From IMG/VR virus record IMGVR_UViG_3300046535_001151, positions 1 to 64,000 of that record: a stretch of DNA of 64,000 nucleotides. One strand, given 5' to 3'. Position 1 is the first letter of the stretch. Every line of letters begins with the position of its first letter. Source of the DNA: a virus. The notes under the pieces were generated by a model, which searched no databases, was not told the origin of the DNA, and saw only the letters and a list, made by a program, of their open reading frames with translations. Shown here piece by piece: positions 11,808 through 21,576 of the stretch. The translations under genes were made by a program, and so were the position numbers.

Positions 11808-12079
11808 TATCGACGCTCCCACTGTTCAAGCTGGCGTTCGAGTGGGGTACAGATCCCCAGATCACAACAGGGGAGGCAGATCGCCTGCCCACAGAGATGA
11901 CAGCCCGCCCCGTCTTCCTCCGTCCACCGCCCGTCTCGATGAGGAATCAGGTAGATCGTCGAGAGGGTGTTCGGTTTGACGAAGACGACCTTCCCGCAGT
12001 GGCCACAGGAAATCGTGTCCCGTTCCCACAGCGGGCGATCGGGATCGACGATGGTCGCCAGCCCGTGGGGGGATCGCAC
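11807..12079 (-). CDS. Cys-rich zinc-finger protein
   Basis: CGHC...CHLC...CLPC...C. Confidence 0.6.
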   Translation of the reverse strand: MRSPHGLATIVDPDRPLWERDTISCGHCGKVVFVKPNTLSTIYLIPHRDGRWTEEDGAGCHLCGQAICLPCCDLGICTPLERQLEQWERR

Positions 12080-12082
12080 AAC

Positions 12083-12532
12083 CTATTGCTCGTCCACGTA
12101 GACTTCAGCGGTGATGGCCACGAGACCCGTGGTAGGCGTGGCGACTCCGATGCCGTTGCTCGCGGTGGCCGGGTAGACGATCTCCTTGCCCTCGCGAGCC
12201 GCCCAGCGGAAGGTGGCGCGTTGGTTCAAGGGGATGGTCAGCTGGATCTGGTTCGCCACGTAGGTCGGTTCGATCGTGTGGTTCTGCCCGGCATCGAACT
12301 CGGTGGCGGCGTCAGCCGGATCCAGCGGCTGGGGGGTGACGCTAGTCGAGGTCCCGGCAGCCGTGAATCGCTGGAACACCCACAACATGGGATTGTCCGC
12401 GACGGTGCCTTCCGAGCCGACCACCACGTCGTAGATCTTCCCTCGACGGGGACGAGTCGCATCGGCAGCAACAGACCCTACTGAGAGAGTCGTTGAGCCC
12501 GTGCGTTGCATTCTCACAGCGTATGCGGCCAT
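12083..12532 (-). CDS. Putative structural protein
   Basis: RBS AGGAG; beta-rich; position in module. Confidence 0.55.
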   Translation of the reverse strand: MAAYAVRMQRTGSTTLSVGSVAADATRPRRGKIYDVVVGSEGTVADNPMLWVFQRFTAAGTSTSVTPQPLDPADAATEFDAGQNHTIEPTYVANQIQLTIPLNQRATFRWAAREGKEIVYPATASNGIGVATPTTGLVAITAEVYVDEQ

Positions 12533-12541
12533 CAACGTCTC

Positions 12542-12853
12542 CTAATATGGTATACCCAGGATGTGGAGGACTCCGGAGGTGCCGATCACCCAGAGGTCCG
12601 AGAGTTTCACGGGGCCATCGGGGAACGGGCCGATGTACAGCGGTTCCATCGAGGCCGTCTGCGCGAACAGCTTGAACCCGTAGACCGAGGTCGTCAGGCT
12701 GCTCGAGGAGCCGATGAAGCAGTCGGTCTCGGTGGTCAGGATGATCTGCCGGTAGGCTTCATCGACTGGACCGCCCCGCTGGCTCGGACTCAGCACCGAG
12801 GACAGTTGCTGGGCCGCGGCCGTGATCGTCAGGTTGAAGGATCGCGCAGCCAT
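12542..12853 (-). CDS. Putative structural protein
   Basis: Operon packing downstream of adaptor. Confidence 0.5.
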   Translation of the reverse strand: MAARSFNLTITAAAQQLSSVLSPSQRGGPVDEAYRQIILTTETDCFIGSSSSLTTSVYGFKLFAQTASMEPLYIGPFPDGPVKLSDLWVIGTSGVLHILGIPY

Positions 12854-13144
12854 TTACTTCTGATCGATCGTGCCGGGGTTGCGATCCGTGAGATCCGGCG
12901 GCGGCGGAGGATTGTCACTCGGTTCCCACCGGGCCGGCGTTGTGGGCAGGCCACTGACGGGATTCGGGGTTTCCTTGTCGGGAGGCACCTCCACGATCTG
13001 TTCCTTCGTCCAGAAGTCGATCAGGCCCGAGGTGCCGCCTGTGTCGATCAGCGGATCGCCGCCACGGTCGGTGACCAAGTCGCCACCGAGGTCCTGTGTC
13101 GGGACCGGAGGATTCTGCCAGAGAGGGTTGAAGCTACCAGCCAT
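12854..13144 (-). CDS. Pro-rich hypothetical protein
   Basis: RBS GAGG, operon packing. Confidence 0.5.
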   Translation of the reverse strand: MAGSFNPLWQNPPVPTQDLGGDLVTDRGGDPLIDTGGTSGLIDFWTKEQIVEVPPDKETPNPVSGLPTTPARWEPSDNPPPPPDLTDRNPGTIDQK

Positions 13145-13152
13145 GAAGCACC

Positions 13153-14094
13153 TCAGATGTAATCGGCCACGGTGGCGTCGGTTTGGCGCAGCAGGGACGC
13201 GGTCGGGGCAATCGCACCGATACGGCGGGCCCAGTTGACCACGCTGAGCTGCTGCGGATATTCATTGTCGTCGATCAACGTCAGTCGCTGCTTGGCCGCT
13301 TCCCACTGCTGCGAGAGGAGCTGGGCGGCGGCGAGACTGAAGGCCGGATTCTTCAGGTCGGTGGTGCCCGGCCACTGGGCCGCTTGGTAGCGAATGTAGG
13401 TCTTGAACACATCCGCCCGACGAGCAAACACTCCCGGGAGGACATCGGTATCGTTCAGGACCTGTGCCCCCTTCACGTAGAGGTAGGGGTAGGTTCTGAC
13501 GGAGGTCGGAGCGGGCCAGTACTCATACTGCACCTGACCCACCGTCGCGGTGGCCGTGGAGTATGCACGCGCTACGAGGTAGCGTGGCCCTGTGTCACTG
13601 ATCAGGTGACCAGGATCGGAGGTCGCGATGTCATCCTGGGTCAGCCAGAACGGAATGACTCTCTGGTAGTAGCGATCGAAGACCACGAGGAACATCCGGA
13701 AGTCGGCCGGCATGGTCGCATAACAGTCTTGGATGGTGGCTGAAGCAGCCCCTGAGTCCTCCGTGTAGACCTCAGACAGGACCGCGTTGCTCGCGTCCGT
13801 CACCGTGTCGATGGTGTAGACCGGCAGGCGCGTCACCCGGATCTGTCGCCCCGCATCCGTGGAGAGGAAGCCTGCCGTGGAGGTGATCGCTTTCGACCCT
13901 TGGGTGAAGGTCGTGGTCACGGTTCGTGCGGCCTGAATACTGATCGTGCCTTCGCCACGCAGGAAGGCCCAGTCCCAGTGATCACACACCTGGGTGAAGG
14001 CTTCCTGCGCCCATGATCGAACAAGGAGCGGAGGCACCGCTGGGAGTTCCAGATGTGCCCGCCGCCAGATGTCCGCGAAGGTCTCAGCCGCCAT
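13153..14094 (-). CDS. Head-tail adaptor (tail tubular protein A/gp4-like)
   Basis: Position after capsid genes; helical N-term, WDWAFL, MPADF, YWPAP..., C-terminal helix. Confidence 0.6.
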   Translation of the reverse strand: MAAETFADIWRRAHLELPAVPPLLVRSWAQEAFTQVCDHWDWAFLRGEGTISIQAARTVTTTFTQGSKAITSTAGFLSTDAGRQIRVTRLPVYTIDTVTDASNAVLSEVYTEDSGAASATIQDCYATMPADFRMFLVVFDRYYQRVIPFWLTQDDIATSDPGHLISDTGPRYLVARAYSTATATVGQVQYEYWPAPTSVRTYPYLYVKGAQVLNDTDVLPGVFARRADVFKTYIRYQAAQWPGTTDLKNPAFSLAAAQLLSQQWEAAKQRLTLIDDNEYPQQLSVVNWARRIGAIAPTASLLRQTDATVADYI

Positions 14095-14406
14095 TTACTT
14101 GCCGATGACTTCGATCCGGCCCGTGAACGCCGAGAGATCCGTCGCGTTGGTGACTTCGGTCGCGGTGGCCGACAGCCAGATGATCTTCTTGGTCGTCGAG
14201 TTCCAGAAGCCGGTGTAGAGATTCGTGCCGTTCCAGATGACCAGCCCAAGGACCGCGGCAATCATGCCGAGTTGGCACTGTTCTGGAGTCAGCGAATCGC
14301 CCCCCGTCGCATAGGACGAGGGGCCGGTGTAGCCGAGGATCCGACGCTCGTAGGCGCCGGACTTGTCGAATCCACCTTTGGTGACGTTACGGTCGAGCGT
14401 TGCCAT
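14095..14406 (-). CDS. Small capsid-associated/decoration protein
   Basis: YTGPSSYATGGDSL...EVTNATDLS motif typical of head decoration/fibre proteins. Confidence 0.5.
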   Translation of the reverse strand: MATLDRNVTKGGFDKSGAYERRILGYTGPSSYATGGDSLTPEQCQLGMIAAVLGLVIWNGTNLYTGFWNSTTKKIIWLSATATEVTNATDLSAFTGRIEVIGK

Positions 14407-14417
14407 TCACGCCCTCC

Positions 14418-14972
14418 TTAGGTGGTTTGCGGGACGTCGAGGTCGACCACGCCCACGGTGTTCGTGGCATCGTAGACACCCGCCGAGACGCCCAGCGGTG
14501 GATAGGTCGGTGCCGAGGCAGCCGCGAGGCAGTCGGCCTTGGCGTTGGTCGCCGACGGAATGACGAACAGGCCCGCCACGGTGGGGGCTGCGGTCACCGC
14601 GTCGATGAACTTCACCGTGGCCGGTCCACCGGTCTGGATGCACCCGTAGTTGCCCGAGGTGATCGCGTTCTGGAACACGCCTGCGATACGGCCTCGGCCG
14701 AGGGTGGTGACGGTTGTGGTCACCACGTAGCCGGTTTTGTCCGACCACCACGCCACGGCTCCCACGAAGGGGGCGACCGTCATGGTGGAGTCGGTCTTGA
14801 CGATCTGGTAGGTCTTCGATCGACCAGATTCCGCGCCCGGTGCGGAGCGGGTGGGCTGGATGACGGTGAACCGCATGCCCAGCTGACCCGGGTAGGCGAG
14901 GGTCGGGGTGTTTTCTTGTTCGGGATCACCAGACTGTAGAAAGACTGGCTGCATCCCCCAATTGTTCGGCAT
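14418..14972 (-). CDS. Capsid cement/decoration protein
   Basis: Immediately after MCP; AGVFQNAITSGNYGCIQTGG. Confidence 0.55.
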   Translation of the reverse strand: MPNNWGMQPVFLQSGDPEQENTPTLAYPGQLGMRFTVIQPTRSAPGAESGRSKTYQIVKTDSTMTVAPFVGAVAWWSDKTGYVVTTTVTTLGRGRIAGVFQNAITSGNYGCIQTGGPATVKFIDAVTAAPTVAGLFVIPSATNAKADCLAAASAPTYPPLGVSAGVYDATNTVGVVDLDVPQTT

Positions 14973-14998
14973 CAGAGACTCCTCTAAGTTTGAACCAG

Positions 14999-15014
14999 TG
15001 GAGCGTAGGCTCCA
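14999..15014 (-). terminator. Hairpin after major capsid gene (weak terminator or mRNA stabiliser)
   Basis: TGGAGC-GTAG-GCTCCA; no strong U tract. Confidence 0.35.
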
Positions 15015-15020
15015 GTCTGA

Positions 15021-16094
15021 TTACGCAGTAATCCCGTGCATGACACGGCTCAGGCGTAGTGCTTTCACCAGTGGCCCGTTGCCGCCGAAGAGAATCTGAC
15101 CCGACACCTGGTTGTCGTCGCGAGCGCCTTTGAAGCCGGTGAAGCCGAACGCGAACTTCGCCGACTGCGCGATGTAGAGGCGGATGTAGGCGTCGTCACC
15201 CTGAGGACCGAAGTTCAGCCACCAGAAGGTCTCGCCAGCGGTCGCGAGGTAGTTGCCGAGATCCGCGTCGTTGGTGCCGTCCTGCCCCGGGCAGTAGTCG
15301 GACATCATGATCGTGGCGCGATCGAACTTCATCCCGGGCCACGCGATTTCCGGCTGCATCGTGTCGATGACCTGATGGGGGAGGAAGTTCTCGCTGATGA
15401 ACCCCATGGCTCGACGAGTGGTCAGACCAACCCCGGGGGCCTCGTTGCCGATGCAGGCCGAGAGGTAGGAGTGACGCAGGATGCGGTAGGAGATCGACCC
15501 CAGGTAGGGGCTGGCGGCGATGTTCGGGGTGGCGATCTGACCCAGCGGAGGCGTCAGGGCTGGCGACACGTCGGTGCGGGTCTGTCCACCGTAGGAGGGG
15601 AACAGGTTGCCGGCCCATGAGGCATTCACCCCGTCGTTCAGGGCTTCCTCGAGGCCGTTCAACTCGAGCGAGCGGTTGTCACCCACGAGGGCTTGACCGT
15701 GGTGGAAGGCCGCGATTTCGAGGATCGCACTCATGGTCAAGCTGGCCTGCGCCATGTCCGTGCGGATCACGCTGAAGGCTGCCCTCGGGCCCGCCATCTC
15801 GACTTCGAGATCTTCCAGGAACTCCGTGACGTTCACCTCGTAGTACCTCGGGGTGAACAGCATGCCCGTGCGGGTCTGCCGACGGGTGACGTCGAACGAG
15901 GCGCCCTTGCCGTAGGCCCCGCCCTTCATCGGCTTGTACATGAAGTTTTCCTGAATCGTCGGGCCGACCCACTTCCGGGTGAAGCGAGCCTTGCACATCG
16001 CGATCAGGGGACCGGCCTTGAAATAGCCGTCGACCACGCCGGGCGCAATTTCCTTGGTAACGACGGTGTTGACATCATCGAGCTGAATCGCCAT
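15021..16094 (-). CDS. Major capsid protein (HK97 fold)
   Basis: 357 aa after scaffold; VVDGYFKAGPL, LNGLEEAL, YGGQTR, GMKFDRATIMMSDYCP, terminal RVMHGIT. Confidence 0.8.
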   Translation of the reverse strand: MAIQLDDVNTVVTKEIAPGVVDGYFKAGPLIAMCKARFTRKWVGPTIQENFMYKPMKGGAYGKGASFDVTRRQTRTGMLFTPRYYEVNVTEFLEDLEVEMAGPRAAFSVIRTDMAQASLTMSAILEIAAFHHGQALVGDNRSLELNGLEEALNDGVNASWAGNLFPSYGGQTRTDVSPALTPPLGQIATPNIAASPYLGSISYRILRHSYLSACIGNEAPGVGLTTRRAMGFISENFLPHQVIDTMQPEIAWPGMKFDRATIMMSDYCPGQDGTNDADLGNYLATAGETFWWLNFGPQGDDAYIRLYIAQSAKFAFGFTGFKGARDDNQVSGQILFGGNGPLVKALRLSRVMHGITA

Positions 16095-16124
16095 TGAGAC
16101 TCCTGTATGCCAACACCACGGTCA

Positions 16125-16886
16125 CTAGCCGCGAGCCGACTGCAGCCGATCGTACTCGGCTACAGCAGTGTCGACGGTGTGATCGGTCGGCTTGCGATCG
16201 GGTTGTTCAAGAATGTCGAGGACCGAGGGCGAGGAGTTTTTCAGGGGGAAGGGCTGATCCCCACCCGACCGCTTCCGCTCCTCCACGAGCTTGGCCTCGA
16301 CGAGTTTGTTGATACGCAGATCTTCCTGTTCCTGGGCCTTCTTCTGCAGCGGTTCGGCAAACTTCTGCTGATAGGCGTCGAGAATCGGGAGGCGTGACTT
16401 CTGGGCGAAGACCACGAGGTCGTTCAGATCGAGGACATCACCAAAGGTCTGGAAATGCTTCAGGCTGAGCGCATTCGTGGTGTTGAAGTAGGTCGCCGCC
16501 GCCCGCTCGCGTTCCTCGATCTTCTTGTCGAAGTCGGCATCGGTCATCCCAGCGGGTTTGTCATCCCGAACGACAGTCGGAGGCTGTCCCTTGAGCCGCG
16601 CCACTTCAGCGGCCAGCGCGTCGTAGCCTTCTGCCTTCGGTTTGATCGTTTCGAACCAGGTGTTGAGACGGTCGAAGTCGGAGGTCAGGGTTTCCTCCTT
16701 CACCCGGAGGTCGTCCATCATCTTGCTGTAGTCGGCCCGGGCGAGCACACCGTCTCCCACAGCGGTGAGAGCGTCGGCAGCCTCCGGGGCGGTAAACGCA
16801 GATCGAGCAGACTCCCTCAAGTTTTCTGGCAACTTGGCGAGGACTCCCTCAATAAATGCTTTGCCGCTGTCGAGTGCTTTAGCCAT
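16125..16886 (-). CDS. Capsid scaffolding protein
   Basis: Charged coiled-coil, LARADYSK, directly upstream of MCP. Confidence 0.7.
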   Translation of the reverse strand: MAKALDSGKAFIEGVLAKLPENLRESARSAFTAPEAADALTAVGDGVLARADYSKMMDDLRVKEETLTSDFDRLNTWFETIKPKAEGYDALAAEVARLKGQPPTVVRDDKPAGMTDADFDKKIEERERAAATYFNTTNALSLKHFQTFGDVLDLNDLVVFAQKSRLPILDAYQQKFAEPLQKKAQEQEDLRINKLVEAKLVEERKRSGGDQPFPLKNSSPSVLDILEQPDRKPTDHTVDTAVAEYDRLQSARG

Positions 16887-16898
16887 GAGAACCTTCTC

Positions 16899-17294
16899 TT
16901 ATACGGCGCCAGCTCCGGCGATACCTCGGTCCATGCCACCTCCGGGGAAACCCGGGCCAGTGGCGGTTGGACTCACAGGGCCAGATCCTGCCTGCATAAG
17001 TTTTGCGAGGACAGCCGCGAGGCCATCCTTCAACTGGGCCCAGTCCGCTGCCAGATCGGGAGTGGCTTGGGCATAACTGTCGAACATCTGCGCGATCGTC
17101 TGGGCCGACTGCATGATCCCGGTCAGCATCTCCGGAGGCATTTGATTGCTCGGGACGGCTGGAGGGGTCAGGGCGGCGAGACTGAACGGAGTGGCAGATC
17201 CTGTGGGACCGGCGCCGTTGGCCTGAGGGGATGGCGGAGGTCCGTCCAAGGCGGAGGAACTCTGCGGCATCGGCGGGGCCATCGAGGGACCCAT
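16899..17294 (-). CDS. Pro/Met/Gln-rich head assembly-region protein
   Basis: Operon packing between portal and scaffold. Confidence 0.5.
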   Translation of the reverse strand: MGPSMAPPMPQSSSALDGPPPSPQANGAGPTGSATPFSLAALTPPAVPSNQMPPEMLTGIMQSAQTIAQMFDSYAQATPDLAADWAQLKDGLAAVLAKLMQAGSGPVSPTATGPGFPGGGMDRGIAGAGAV

Positions 17295-17503
17295 CAGCGT
17301 TTGCCTCCGTGAATCGTGCGGGACATGATCCCCACGGCTCGCTTCACCTTCTTGTGATGCTTCCGCACGCCAGCCATGCGCTTGGGATCGGCTTGGATCT
17401 CGGCAGCGCGGCCCATCGTGCGGTGATCATCCTCGGCTTGGTAGTCGTGCTCGTGCATCGGACCGGCGCCGATGGAGGAACAGGAGGCTATTTTCGATCC
17501 CAT
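17294..17503 (-). CDS. Small basic hypothetical protein
   Basis: AEDD.RT..RA.EI..DPKR motif; stop/start overlaps. Confidence 0.55.
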   Translation of the reverse strand: MGSKIASCSSIGAGPMHEHDYQAEDDHRTMGRAAEIQADPKRMAGVRKHHKKVKRAVGIMSRTIHGGKR

Positions 17504-17676
17504 CAGCGTTTCCCTGTCGACGCCCGGGCGGGGAGATTCTTCCGCTTGGTCGCCGCGAAATCGTGGAGTTGGGTGTGGGACATCTTGAGCAGCCCCTTGT
17601 TCTTCGACTGGAGCTTCTCGGGATCGTGTTCGGCAATCGCCATCGCGGCCTGTTGAGCCTTGGAGACAGCAGGCAT
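17503..17676 (-). CDS. DUF3008-like small basic protein (57 aa)
   Basis: Hand-translated MPAVSKAQQAAMAIAEH...MSHTQLHDFAATKRKNLP. Confidence 0.6.
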   Translation of the reverse strand: MPAVSKAQQAAMAIAEHDPEKLQSKNKGLLKMSHTQLHDFAATKRKNLPARASTGKR

Positions 17677-17909
17677 CAGCGGGTCACCTTCCGCTTCGGG
17701 AGACGAGGATCCACCCGGCCACGGTTCGGCAGGTTGATGTCCTTGGCGGCGGGAGATTTTCTCGTGGGGATCTTCGAGGCGATCAGCTGTTTGCCGCTGT
17801 CGATCGCGTTCTGGGTGACCTCGCCGACCTTCGCGATGCCTTGGCCGATCCGCATGAAGGGATCGCTCAGGGCGAGGTTTAGACCGAGGTCAGTCATGTC
17901 GTTGGGCAT
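17676..17909 (-). CDS. Small hypothetical protein
   Basis: ATG at 17909 overlapping upstream TGA. Confidence 0.45.
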   Translation of the reverse strand: MPNDMTDLGLNLALSDPFMRIGQGIAKVGEVTQNAIDSGKQLIASKIPTRKSPAAKDINLPNRGRVDPRLPKRKVTR

Positions 17910-18067
17910 CAGCGGCCGTGAACCTTCCGCAACCGAGGATTCCGCTTCTTCGCCACAGACGAGGCATGCCGGGAGGAATTGGCGAGGATGGCTCCGGCGC
18001 GATCCTTCGACACCCCTTCCTTGGCGGCGATCTTCGCTTGGACGGCTTTGAAACCGGGATGATCCAT
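17909..18067 (-). CDS. Small basic phage protein (52 aa)
   Basis: Hand-translated MDHPGFKAVQAKIAAKEG...AGAILANSSR...NPRLRKVHGR. Confidence 0.55.
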   Translation of the reverse strand: MDHPGFKAVQAKIAAKEGVSKDRAGAILANSSRHASSVAKKRNPRLRKVHGR

Positions 18068-18178
18068 AATTCCAGCCCCTGTACGCACAAACAGCCCAGA
18101 GACCGGTAGGGGTCGTCTGGGCCGGAGGCGGTGGCACCGCGATGGTCTGCGGGCGCGTCTGTGGGCTACTGAGCGGCT

Positions 18179-18207
18179 AGTGTGCGGGAGGAGGCTGAGG
18201 TTGTCAA
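18179..18207 (-). promoter_or_regulatory. Putative sigma70-type promoter for head genes
   Basis: TTGACA (18207-18202), 17 nt, CACACT (18184-18179) in an intergenic gap. Confidence 0.45.
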
Positions 18208-18211
18208 GCGG

Positions 18212-18409
18212 TTAGGGAGTCAACTTGATCTGCGGAGCATCGAACTGGGCGATCTTGGCCTCTCCGTTGTGGAAGTGGAGGGTGATCGGGCCGGTGTAGC
18301 GGCGATCATGGAGGGCTTGGAGGAGGGTCGAGAAGTCAGACTCCACCGAGCGCGGTGGCGCGAGGAGTTGGTCGAGCCGATCGATCAGGACGAGGAGGGG
18401 CGGAGTCAT
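18212..18409 (-). CDS. Small DUF2292/YezD-like protein
   Basis: RYTGPITLHFHNGE. Confidence 0.4.
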   Translation of the reverse strand: MTPPLLVLIDRLDQLLAPPRSVESDFSTLLQALHDRRYTGPITLHFHNGEAKIAQFDAPQIKLTP

Positions 18410-20532
18410 TTCTTGGAGGTGGAGATGGTCTGCCGGCCACCGGGTTTGTCACCCTTGGTTTCACTGTGGGCGGGAGCCTCGTTGGTCGCCTTCCGGCCCT
18501 GTGCATTCGCCACCATACCGATACCCAACATCTGCTGAGCCTGTAACCGTTCGGTGATGGTGGTGGGGATGCGGATCTCCAGGATCTGCCCTGACGGATC
18601 CAGCAGGTACTGTTTCCCGCTGGTCGGGTCTACATAGGGCGAGGGCATCTGGCCTTGGAGCAACTGTTGCTGGGCCTGCATCTGCATCGCCATGACGATC
18701 TGGGGATCCACCGGTCTGAGCGGTGGTAACGGGATCGCGGGAGGCGCTCCCACATTCGGGGTTTCCATCACCTCGTGGAAGGTCCAGAAATCCACGTAGC
18801 CCATGGTGGCCTGCTGCATGGTCTGCATCTTCCGCTCGGTGGCGTGCATGGCGAGGATCGAGTTCGGAGCCGCCACGAAGATGAACTGCTTCGTCATGAA
18901 CTGGGCACGCTGATCGGCGGTGGTCAGATCGACGTCCAGTTCAGGGACGTAGCCGGGCTGACCGGGTTTCATGGCCGGGACGAGCTTGCCCGGGTCGAAG
19001 TCGAAGTCCTCCAGCACCACACCGGCATCGCCGAGGATCATCCTCCGTTTGGTCTGATCGAGGTACTGGAAGTAGTTGACCTTGGTCATCTCCGCCAGAT
19101 CGCGCATGAAGGCTTCGACCTGACGGGCCTCCTGGCGGATCTCGGGGGTCAGGGCTTCGTAGTACTTTTCGATGGTGTCAGCAGAAGGCAGCTGACGCAG
19201 TTGCAGCAACGCTGCCAGATTCGCCGTGCCGCTCAGGTCATTGTGTTTGGTGGTGAGTTTGTCCCACAGTTCACTACAGAGTTGGAGGGCTTGAGCCGAG
19301 GGGCCTTCCTGACGCTTGTAGGCATCGCCGAAGGAGGGATTCACCTTGATCCGCTTACCGGGACGGCGGGGATCCAGCCCTCGCATGGTCGATTCGCTGA
19401 CCGCGTTCCGGTTGTAGATGACATCCGGGTCGATCCACTGCTGGATCCCTAATCTCAGGTCGTTCACGGTGTCGTTGATCGCATCCTGCACCGGGAGGAG
19501 GTCGTTGAACAGAGGAATCCCGAGGAGTTGCCACGGGACGGACCACAACCGTAGTCTGCAGACCGGGAACATCCCATGACCATACGTATTGGGGCCGTCA
19601 TACAGGATGATCTCGTCGGTACTGACCACCAGTCGGCCACGGGGGTACATCGGGGCGTTCGGCTGGACGGTGTAGGCCCAGGCAGCGCCCGGAGTGCCCA
19701 TGACGATCGAACGGTTGGTCAGGTTGCGGGTGCGGTCGTGGAAGTAGGTCCGGTAGAGACACACAGACCCTGCTCGAGCCTGACGCGAGTGTGTTCCAGC
19801 CTGTCCGAGGGCATCTAAAGGGTCCGCTGGAGTAAGTAAGCGTGACGCAGCCGTACGGAACTTCCCCATCACTCGTCCCAAAGCCGTATCAGTGGCTGGG
19901 CGGAAGTAGGGGGCCTTGGTCGGATACATACCCCTGAGGGCGTTGACCGTGTGTTCCTCTCTGAGGGTCACGCCTTCCCAGAGTTGGAGGCTTCGGGACT
20001 GGGAGGGGCGGATCGGCAGGGTGTCTCGGGGGTCACGGGCTGAGAGGGCATTCGCTCCACCGAAGGGAGCATGCGGATCCCAGTCCACCACCAGATCACC
20101 GGTTCCAGCAGCCAGACCGTATTTGATGCAGTCGCCCAACTCCAAGTCAGCGAGGGTCGTGACCCATTCCGCCACGGCATATTTGTTCAGGAGATCCGCC
20201 TGCACCTCGTAGGCCGGGTTCATGGTCTTCCAGCCGAAAACAGGCCGAATATCGGTCAGGGCTGAGACATGGGCTTGGACGGCCTTGCGGGATTCGTTGA
20301 TCACGACCTGTGGGAGATACTTCAGCCGTTGACGCTCTGGCGACAACTGCTCCCCGACGATGTAGGACAGACTGCGGGAGATCTGGTCGTAGGAGGGGTC
20401 TGCCCGGTTGATCCGGTCTCCGTCCTGCACCGCTTCCTTGATCCACCCGAGGACTCGGGGATCACCTCGTAGGAGGGATTCGGCGGTGGTCGGGGGTAGA
20501 TCGAGGATGCCGGAGCTACTGAATTCGGCCAT
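18406..20532 (-). CDS. Portal protein
   Basis: 708 aa between TerL and scaffold; YPRGRLVV, YDGPN.Y.HG.FP, LLPVQDAIN; Gln-rich C-tail. Confidence 0.85.
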   Translation of the reverse strand: MAEFSSSGILDLPPTTAESLLRGDPRVLGWIKEAVQDGDRINRADPSYDQISRSLSYIVGEQLSPERQRLKYLPQVVINESRKAVQAHVSALTDIRPVFGWKTMNPAYEVQADLLNKYAVAEWVTTLADLELGDCIKYGLAAGTGDLVVDWDPHAPFGGANALSARDPRDTLPIRPSQSRSLQLWEGVTLREEHTVNALRGMYPTKAPYFRPATDTALGRVMGKFRTAASRLLTPADPLDALGQAGTHSRQARAGSVCLYRTYFHDRTRNLTNRSIVMGTPGAAWAYTVQPNAPMYPRGRLVVSTDEIILYDGPNTYGHGMFPVCRLRLWSVPWQLLGIPLFNDLLPVQDAINDTVNDLRLGIQQWIDPDVIYNRNAVSESTMRGLDPRRPGKRIKVNPSFGDAYKRQEGPSAQALQLCSELWDKLTTKHNDLSGTANLAALLQLRQLPSADTIEKYYEALTPEIRQEARQVEAFMRDLAEMTKVNYFQYLDQTKRRMILGDAGVVLEDFDFDPGKLVPAMKPGQPGYVPELDVDLTTADQRAQFMTKQFIFVAAPNSILAMHATERKMQTMQQATMGYVDFWTFHEVMETPNVGAPPAIPLPPLRPVDPQIVMAMQMQAQQQLLQGQMPSPYVDPTSGKQYLLDPSGQILEIRIPTTITERLQAQQMLGIGMVANAQGRKATNEAPAHSETKGDKPGGRQTISTSKK

Positions 20533-21039
20533 TTACGGTTTCAAGTGATCGAGTGCCGAGGTGTTGGAGTCGTTCACGCCCGGACCATACGAGTGCTTCG
20601 GCTCTGCCTCACCACCGAGCACCTTCGTTGCTCCACGGAGACCCCATTTCCGCTTGGCCTCGGCAGAAGGCTTCTCCTGGGCGACGTCCCCGAAGGTGTT
20701 GTCGAGCCGATTGCCTCGGGTTTGGGAGTAGTTTCTGAAGACGACCTGCTGGCCTTCACCGTTTCGGGCGAGATCCTCAGATTCCTTCTCGACCTGACGG
20801 AGCTTTCTCAGGGAATCGATCTCGACCAGCTCGTTTCGACCATCCCGGCAGGTAAATTTGGGGATCTGGCTCTGTTCCGAATCCGACCGGCAGTCGAACT
20901 GAGCCTGCGGAACCCAGTCCATCGGCCGGCCACAGTCGGGACAGACTGGCGGAGTTGCCTGACCGCCCTCCTGTACTGATCGGTACTGATCAATGACGGC
21001 CACTCGGCAATTCCCGCAAAAATAGTCGTGGTTGGGCAT
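20533..21039 (-). CDS. FmdB-like zinc-ribbon protein
   Basis: MPNHDYFCGNC...CPDCG. Confidence 0.65.
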   Translation of the reverse strand: MPNHDYFCGNCRVAVIDQYRSVQEGGQATPPVCPDCGRPMDWVPQAQFDCRSDSEQSQIPKFTCRDGRNELVEIDSLRKLRQVEKESEDLARNGEGQQVVFRNYSQTRGNRLDNTFGDVAQEKPSAEAKRKWGLRGATKVLGGEAEPKHSYGPGVNDSNTSALDHLKP

Positions 21040-21576
21040 CTAGGACGACCAGATGTCCTGACAAATTTTGTCAACGATCTGTTTCACGAGGGATTCCACC
21101 GAAATTCCCCGTTTGGTGGCGCGGTGGGCCAGTTCTTCCCATTGGCCGGGGGTGAAATCTACGTCAATCGTGCCGATGGTCAGGTGGGCAAGGCGTGTGG
21201 CCGCGGTGACGAGGTGCTGAGGGGTGTCGGTGGATCCAAACCCGAGGGCGCGGGCCACCTCGGCGCGATCCGCTCCGGTCAGGGTCAGGGCGTGCTCGTC
21301 GACCGGGATGTATTCCTGCTGGTAGACGTCGGTCGGGAGGACCGCGAGGACGGTGGATCCCCGGCTGATGACCCAGTTGCCGGGATGGCCGAGGGAATTC
21401 ATCCCGTTGGCAAGGACGAACCGGCCTTCCGACTCGAGCTGGGTGGCGGTCAGGGGTTCCACCTGAATCCGGGGGCGGACCTGCTTCTTCAGCGGGACCG
21501 TCTTAGGCGGAGGAGCGGTCGCTGCCGAAGTAGAGGGCGTCTGGGGCGTCATCGTCGATCCCTTCTCGGGCATCAT
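21040..21576 (-). CDS. Hypothetical protein, possible C-terminal ribbon-helix-helix
   Basis: IDVDFTPGQWEELAHRATKRGISVESLVKQIV. Confidence 0.5.
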   Translation of the reverse strand: MMPEKGSTMTPQTPSTSAATAPPPKTVPLKKQVRPRIQVEPLTATQLESEGRFVLANGMNSLGHPGNWVISRGSTVLAVLPTDVYQQEYIPVDEHALTLTGADRAEVARALGFGSTDTPQHLVTAATRLAHLTIGTIDVDFTPGQWEELAHRATKRGISVESLVKQIVDKICQDIWSS

